A DNA stretch of 64,000 bases, from assembly GCF_009914755.1 (NCBI RefSeq), contig NC_060948.1. One strand, written 5' to 3'. The notes beneath the pieces were generated by a model. The model made no database searches and was not told where the DNA came from. It saw only the letters and a list, made by a program, of their open reading frames with translations. This document shows, in pieces, positions 58,341 through 64,000 of the stretch (position 1 is its first letter; every line of letters starts with the position of its first letter). The translations under genes and the position numbers were made by a program. The DNA comes from the human T2T-CHM13v2.0 reference genome, Homo sapiens.

Positions 58341-58621
58341 AGAGGGAGTCTCTCTCTGTCACCCAGGCTGGAGTGCAGTGGTGCAATCTCGGCTCACTGC
58401 AAACTCCTCCTTCCGGGTTCATGCCAGTCTCCTGCCTCAGACTCCTGAGTAGCTGGGACTACGGGCACCTGTCATGATGCCCAGCTAACTTTTTTGTATT
58501 TTTAGTAGAGATGGGGTTTCACCGTGTTAGCCAGGATGGTCTCCATCTCCTGACCTCATTATCCGCCCGCCTCTGCCTCTCAAAGTGCTGGGATTACAGC
58601 TGTGAGCCACCGTGCCCGGCC
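58311..58621 (-). mobile_element. Alu (AluY/Sc-like) inserted in the old L1
   Basis: Long poly-T plus Alu body; target-site duplication gttttctatttctt at 58297 and 58625. Confidence 0.93.
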
Positions 58622-59477
58622 CGTGTTTTCTATTTCTTACTGGTTCAATCTTGGTAGGTTTTATGTGTCCAGGAATTTGTCTATTTCTTTCTGCTAGGTT
58701 CTCTGATTTTTTGGTGTATAGTTGTTCAGAATAGTCTGTAATGATCCTTTATATTTCTCTGGTAGTCTCCTATTTCATTTCTGATTTTATTTATTTGAGT
58801 CTTTTTCTCTTTTATTCTTGGTTTGTGTAGCTAACCGTTTGCAAATTTTGTTTACCTTTTCACAAAACCAACTTTTTCTTTTGTTGATCTTCTGTATTTT
58901 TATAGTCCCCATTTTATTTCTGCTCTGATCTTCATTATGTTTTTCTTCTACTAATTTTGGTCATGGTTTGCGCTTACTTTTCTAGTTCCTTGATATGCAT
59001 CGTTAGGTTTTTAATTTTATTTCCACTTTTCGGATACAGGTATTTATTGCTGTAAGTTTTCCTCTTAAAATGGCTTTGTTGTATCGCATAGGTTTTCAAA
59101 TGTTGCTGTTTTCATTTGTTTCCAGAAATTTTTAAATTATCGTTTTAATTTTTTCATTTGACTTCTCATTCAGGAGCATGTTGTTTAATTTCCATGTATT
59201 TGTGTAATTTCAAAAGTTACTCTTGTTATCGATTTCTAGTTTTATTCCATTGTGATTAAGAGAAGATACTTACCATGATTTCAGTTCATTTAAATTTGTT
59301 GAAACTTAATTGTGTGGATGAACATGTGGTCTGTCCCCAAGAACAGTCCATGTGCAGAATTTACTGATGAAAAGCATGTGTATTCTGCAGCTATTGGATG
59401 AAATGTTCTAGAAATGTCTGTTAGGTCTGTCTGGTCTCAGATTCATTTCCTGTTAAATGTTTCTTTGTTGGTTTCTG

Positions 59478-59509
<32 letters not shown>

Positions 59510-59513
59510 GATA
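59478..59513. repeat. (TA)n microsatellite
   Basis: tatatata... with two G interruptions. Confidence 0.9.
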
Positions 59514-61147
59514 TCTGTCTAATGCAGAGAGTGAGTGTTGGAAGTCCCCAACTATTACTATATTGAAGTCTATCTCACCCTTTAGATTTAATAATATTTG
59601 GTTTTTATATATCTGGGTGCTCTGATGTTGGGTGAATATATATTCACAATTGTTATATCCTCTGGCTCAATTGGACCCTTTATCATTACATAATGACCTT
59701 TTTGGTCTCTTTTTACAGTTTTTGACTTGAAGTCTGTTTCATTTGATATGTATAGCTACTCTAATTCACTTTTGGTTTTGGTTCACATGGAATATCTTTT
59801 TCTGTTCCTTCACTTTCAGTCTATGTAATCACACAAGTGTCTTTACAGGTGAAGTCAGTTACTTGTAGGCAGCATCCAGTTGGGTAATTTTTTTTTTTTT
59901 TTTTCAATCCATTCTGCTAGCCTAAGTCTTTTATGTGAGGAATTTAATCTGTTTACATTCAAGGTATTACTGATAGGTGAGGACTTACTCCTGTCATTTT
60001 GTTAATTATTTTCTTGTTGTTTTGTATATCCTTTGTTCATTTATTTCTGCCTTATTGTTTATCGTTGCAGTTTGGTCATTTCTATAGTGATACGATTTGA
60101 TTATTATTCCTTTTGTTGTATATCTGCTCTACCAGTGATCTTTATACTTGTATATGTCTCTGTAATAGTGATCATCATCTTTTTACTTCCAGATGTAGGA
60201 CTTCCTTAACCATTTCTTGTAAGGCCAGTCTAGCACTGATGGACTCCCTCAGTTTTTGCTTGCTTTAGGCAGACTTTATTTCTCCCTCATTTATGAAGGA
60301 TTGCTTTGCTGGGAATAGCATTCTTGACTGAATTTTCTTTTTTTTTTTTTTTTTTTTTAGCACGTTGAATTATATCATCTCATTTTCTCCTGGCCTGTAA
60401 GACTTCTGCAGAGAAATCCACTACTAGTCTAATGGAGATGCCCTTATATGTGACTTGATGCTTTTCTCTTGCTTTTGTAGAGAAAGACTTTCACGTGCAT
60501 CTGAGTTTTAGTGTGCCAGTTGAGAAGGGTGCAGTGACTCTTTTTCAAGATAGTTGAAGTGGTATGGCCTCATTCAGCTTCTTTGGCTGCATTCAATATC
60601 AGCAGTAGCTGTGAGTACCTCAGTTGCCTAGGCCATACAAGTTTGTGGTAGTGATGATGGCATAAGTTGTTAATAACCTCCATATCAAAGGCTTTGGGGG
60701 TTTTCTTCATTCTCATTTTCCACACACTGGGGAGATTTAGACAAGAGTATCCTTTCTGGATTCAGGTCTGACATGGCCTATAAGTAGCTATAGCAGTGCT
60801 GGGTTCCAGGTTTAGGTGCTCCAAATGGCTATGGTGCTAGGGTCCTAGGCTCAAGGTTTCATGAACTATGTGTGGCACTTGGGTCTTGGGGTGCCTGTTT
60901 ATTCTCTGTGGTGAGGTTGAATGCAGGTTGCCCAAAGAGCCAGGATCTGTGACTCTGAGGTACCCCCTAGCAGCTTGGTTACAGGGATTTGGGTTGTAGC
61001 TGTGATTCTATCCCTAGTGGCCAGGGAGCAGCACTGGACCAACTCTGGAGAAGAAGGGGTGCTCTGGATGTTTGGGCCTAGGGAGCAGGGTAGTGCTGCA
61101 ATTCAGGAACCCAAGCCAATAGGTATCAGTGGCAATGTGGGTCCCAT

Positions 61148-61160
61148 TGTAGTAGTAGTA

Positions 61161-61193
<33 letters not shown>

Positions 61194-61277
61194 GTTGTTG
61201 TAGCTGTAGTAGTAGTAGTAGTTGTTGTAGTTGTTGTAGTTGTAGTAGTAATAGTTGTTGTAGTGGCAGTAGTAGTG
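61148..61277. repeat. Compound trinucleotide STR (GTA/GTT/GTG)n
   Basis: ~43 GTN-type triplets; gives the poly-Val ORF 60921..61325. Confidence 0.95.
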
Positions 61278-62519
61278 ACTCTAGACCTTGTGATGGTGGA
61301 GTCAGCAGTATTCCAGATTCTGTGAGGCCAGGTGTAGCAGTAGCAAGTACCCTGAATAGTGGAGCACAGCTGTCCTTTGGGCCCTGTTAGGCAGGAAACA
61401 GCACTGTGATGATTTTACTTTCCAGGGAGAGGGGTGTCTCAGCAGCTCCCGCTCTTGGTGGCTAGTCCAGCTCTCCAGGGAATTAGGATACTAGAGTTGT
61501 TTGGCCTGTAGGGCAGACTGTCTCAGTTCAGCCACGGTTTTGCCTCTCTGTGATGCAAGGTACTACAGCAGTTTAGCTCAGCTTGGCCAGGGCACTGATT
61601 CCCCAGGTGGCCCAGAGACCATTTTCTGGGATACAGGGCACTGCTAAAACTTAGGCACAGGGAGGCATGACTGCTCAAAGTGACTAAGGTATTGTTTTCT
61701 TGGAGGCAGGGTACTGTTTCAGATCTGGCCTGAGGAGTTAGGGGAAGAGTAGGTGGATCAGCTCCACCTCCACTTGGCCCCAGGAGAAGTGTGTAAGAGA
61801 TGCTTATAGCTCACCTTGGGGATGTTCAGTCACTAGGCTGGGGGTGTTTTGGTGGCAGTTTAGCCTCAGGGATGAAGGGGACCTGTGCCTACTTGAACCC
61901 TGAGCACGACACACTCCAGCCGTAGGTCTAGCTGCAAGATGGTATAGCACAGTAGACATGTGGGCCACAGAGGAGAACATAGTGTTAGCTACTTCTCTGA
62001 AGGGAGCACAACTTTGTGAACTCTAGACAGCTCCTTCAGGTGGGCTTAGGTAGTGCCTGTGAGGACCGTAGGGCACCTCTGCCATGGTGAGGTCTGTGGA
62101 TGTCCAAGGTGTTGATCGGGGTTGCTGGTGTTCTCTTGCTTACCTCCTCACTGTATGAAGAAGTTCCTCTTTGTTCCTAGCTTATCTCAATTTGGGGATG
62201 GAGTGGTGAAGGCCTGGCATTTCCTTCCATTCTCTTTGTGGCTGTTCTGTTTCTGTGCTCATCAGGGTTCCTGCTATTCCTCTGAGTTTCTCTGGAACTC
62301 TCCTTCAGTTACTCTCATTAAAACGTAGTGTTTTTTTAGTCTTTCTGGCATCTGTGATGGAGACAAGCTCTAGGGGCTTCTAGTCAGCCTTGCTCTTAAT
62401 TAATCCAAGAGACAGAAATATTTTTGACTGGGCTTTATGAAAGCTATAACTAGGACTATAATGCGAAATGGACAACTTAAAATTGGAGGGAGAAAAAAAT
62501 TCAGTTAGAATAGGTTGAG

Positions 62520-62740
62520 CTAAAATTTACCATGTGTCAGCAGGCTCTGTACAAAATTGCATTAAGTAACTCCCCTCATTTAATCCTTACAACACCCTAG
62601 TGAAGTTAGATATTGTTCTTATTTTTTATATATGGGAACACAAATACTTACACTATAAAATATCTTACCTAATGTCACAGAGCTAGTTAGCTACAGAGTC
62701 AGGGGTCTGACTGCAGAGCCCCGCAGTTTACCACCCTAAA
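62520..62740 (-). mobile_element. MIR
   Basis: ctcatttaatccttacaacaccctag...gtcacagagctagt...tctgactgcagagcc. Confidence 0.8.
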
Positions 62741-62849
62741 TTCCTCTGTCACTTAAACTTCAATCCCATCTCACTCCATGCCCTTTTCTTAGAAGGCAGT
62801 GGTTTACACAGAACAGATCTGATTTGTTTAGAATATGGAGAATCTTTTA

Positions 62850-63330
62850 AAAAAATAATTTGTTGAGGTGAAATTAAAATAATGAAATTAACCATTTTAA
62901 AGTAGCACTAAGTAGATTCATAATGTCTTACAAACAGCACCTCTATCTTAGTTCTAAAATGTTTTCATCATGCCGAAGTAAAAATACCTTTAAGCCGTTT
63001 TCCCCCATCCCTCTGCAACTGCAATCGCTGGAAACCACCTAGGTGCACTCTTACCTTTTCTGGATATTTCGTATAAATTGAATCATGCAGTATGTGATGT
63101 TTTATCTGCTTTCACTTAGCATGTTTTCTTCACTTAGCATACATTGCAGCAGGTATCCAATACTTCATTCCTTTTCATGGTTGAATAATATTCCGTTCCG
63201 TGAATATACCACATTATGTTTATCCATTCCCCCTGCTGGACTTTTGGGCTGTTTCTACCTTTTGATTATTGTAAATAGTGCTGCTATGAACATGTGTGCA
63301 CATGTACTTATTTATGAGTCCCTATTTTCT
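62850..63330 (-). mobile_element. Old L1 (L1MB/L1M-type) 3' fragment
   Basis: ttaaccattttaaagt, ctttcacttagcatg, aatagtgctgctatgaacat. Confidence 0.75.
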
Positions 63331-63332
63331 TC

Positions 63333-64000
63333 TTTTTTAATACTTTTATTTTAGGTTTGGGGGTACATGTGAAGGCGTGTTACACAGATAAACTCATGTC
63401 ATGGGAGTGTTTGTTGTACAGATTATTTCATCACCCAGGAATTAAACCCAGTACCCAACAGTTACCTTTTCTGCTCCTCTCTCTCCTCCCACCCTCCTGC
63501 CTGAAGTGCGCCTCAGTGCCTGTTGTTTCCTTCTTTGTATTCACAAGTTCTCATCATTTAGCTCCCACTTATAAGTGAGAACATGCAGTATTTGGTTTTC
63601 TGTTCCTGCACTAGTTTGCTGAGGATAATGGCCTCCAGCTCCATCCACTTCCTGCAAAAGACATGATCTTGTTCTTTCTGTATGGCTACGTAGTATTTGA
63701 TAGTGTATACGTACCACATTTGCTTTATCCAATTTGTCATTGATGGGCATTTAGGTTGATTCCTTGTTTTTGCTATTGTGAATAGTGCTGCAATGAACAT
63801 TTGTGTGCATTTGTCTTTAAGGCAGAATGATTTATATTCCTCTGGGTATATTCCCAGTAATTGGATTGTTGGGTCGAATGGCAGTTCTGCTTTTAGCTGT
63901 TTGAGGGATTGCCGTACCGCTTTTCATAAGGGTTGAATGAATTTACACTCCACCAATGGTGTATAAGGGTTCCCTTTTCTCTGCAACCTCACTAGCATCT
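63333..64000 (-). mobile_element. Older primate L1 (old L1PA/L1PB-type) 3' end, runs off the window
   Basis: ORF2 C-terminal peptide MFIAALFTIAKT...CMFSLISGS* (63558..63800) followed by L1 3'UTR. Confidence 0.9.

Larger units (their letters stand above)
56157..62411 (-). mobile_element. Old L1MA-type element running 3' end to 5' end, internally deleted and rearranged
   Basis: L1MA-like 3'UTR at 56160-56760, ORF2 remnants (ORFs 57459..57782, 58231..58422), GC-richer 5' region 60600-62400; 14-bp flanking direct repeat acagaaatattttt at 56143 and 62412. Confidence 0.82.

Noticed and set aside
60921-61325. 134-aa ORF with a long poly-Val tract
   Set aside because: Produced by a GTN microsatellite inside an old L1 5' region; no gene features.

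Overview
Primate, almost certainly human, Y-chromosome AZFc sequence containing most of one DAZ (Deleted in AZoospermia) gene on the + strand. Exon 1 and the promoter lie upstream of the window. It holds the five RRM-region exons 2-6 (708-2561) and a ~41 kb tandem array of 15 units of ~2.4 kb (~2830-43712). The array carries 13 in-frame 72-nt DAZ-repeat exons (pattern A B C D C' D E [L1] F F F F F Z, my labels), a 14th copy after exon 8, and one exon-8-like copy per unit. A dead full-length L1PA2/3-type element sits antisense in unit 8 (20514-26551) and has replaced ~1 kb including that unit's DAZ-repeat exon. Downstream are exon 8, a relic of DAZL exon 9, the stop-containing exon, a 3'UTR exon to ~51395, and a flank of Alu, MIR, MER5 and old L1 repeats. 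The spliced product is ~510 aa if there is a single RRM block. This is a well-studied locus and I found no wholly new system. The best second-look items are a still-open ancestral DAZL reading frame toggled by the 35-nt exon 8, an intact-looking 'pseudo' exon 8 in unit A, a dual-frame exon, the L1-mediated exon deletion, and recombinant haplotypes among the F units. Repeat subfamily calls and DAZL comparisons are from memory, not alignments.
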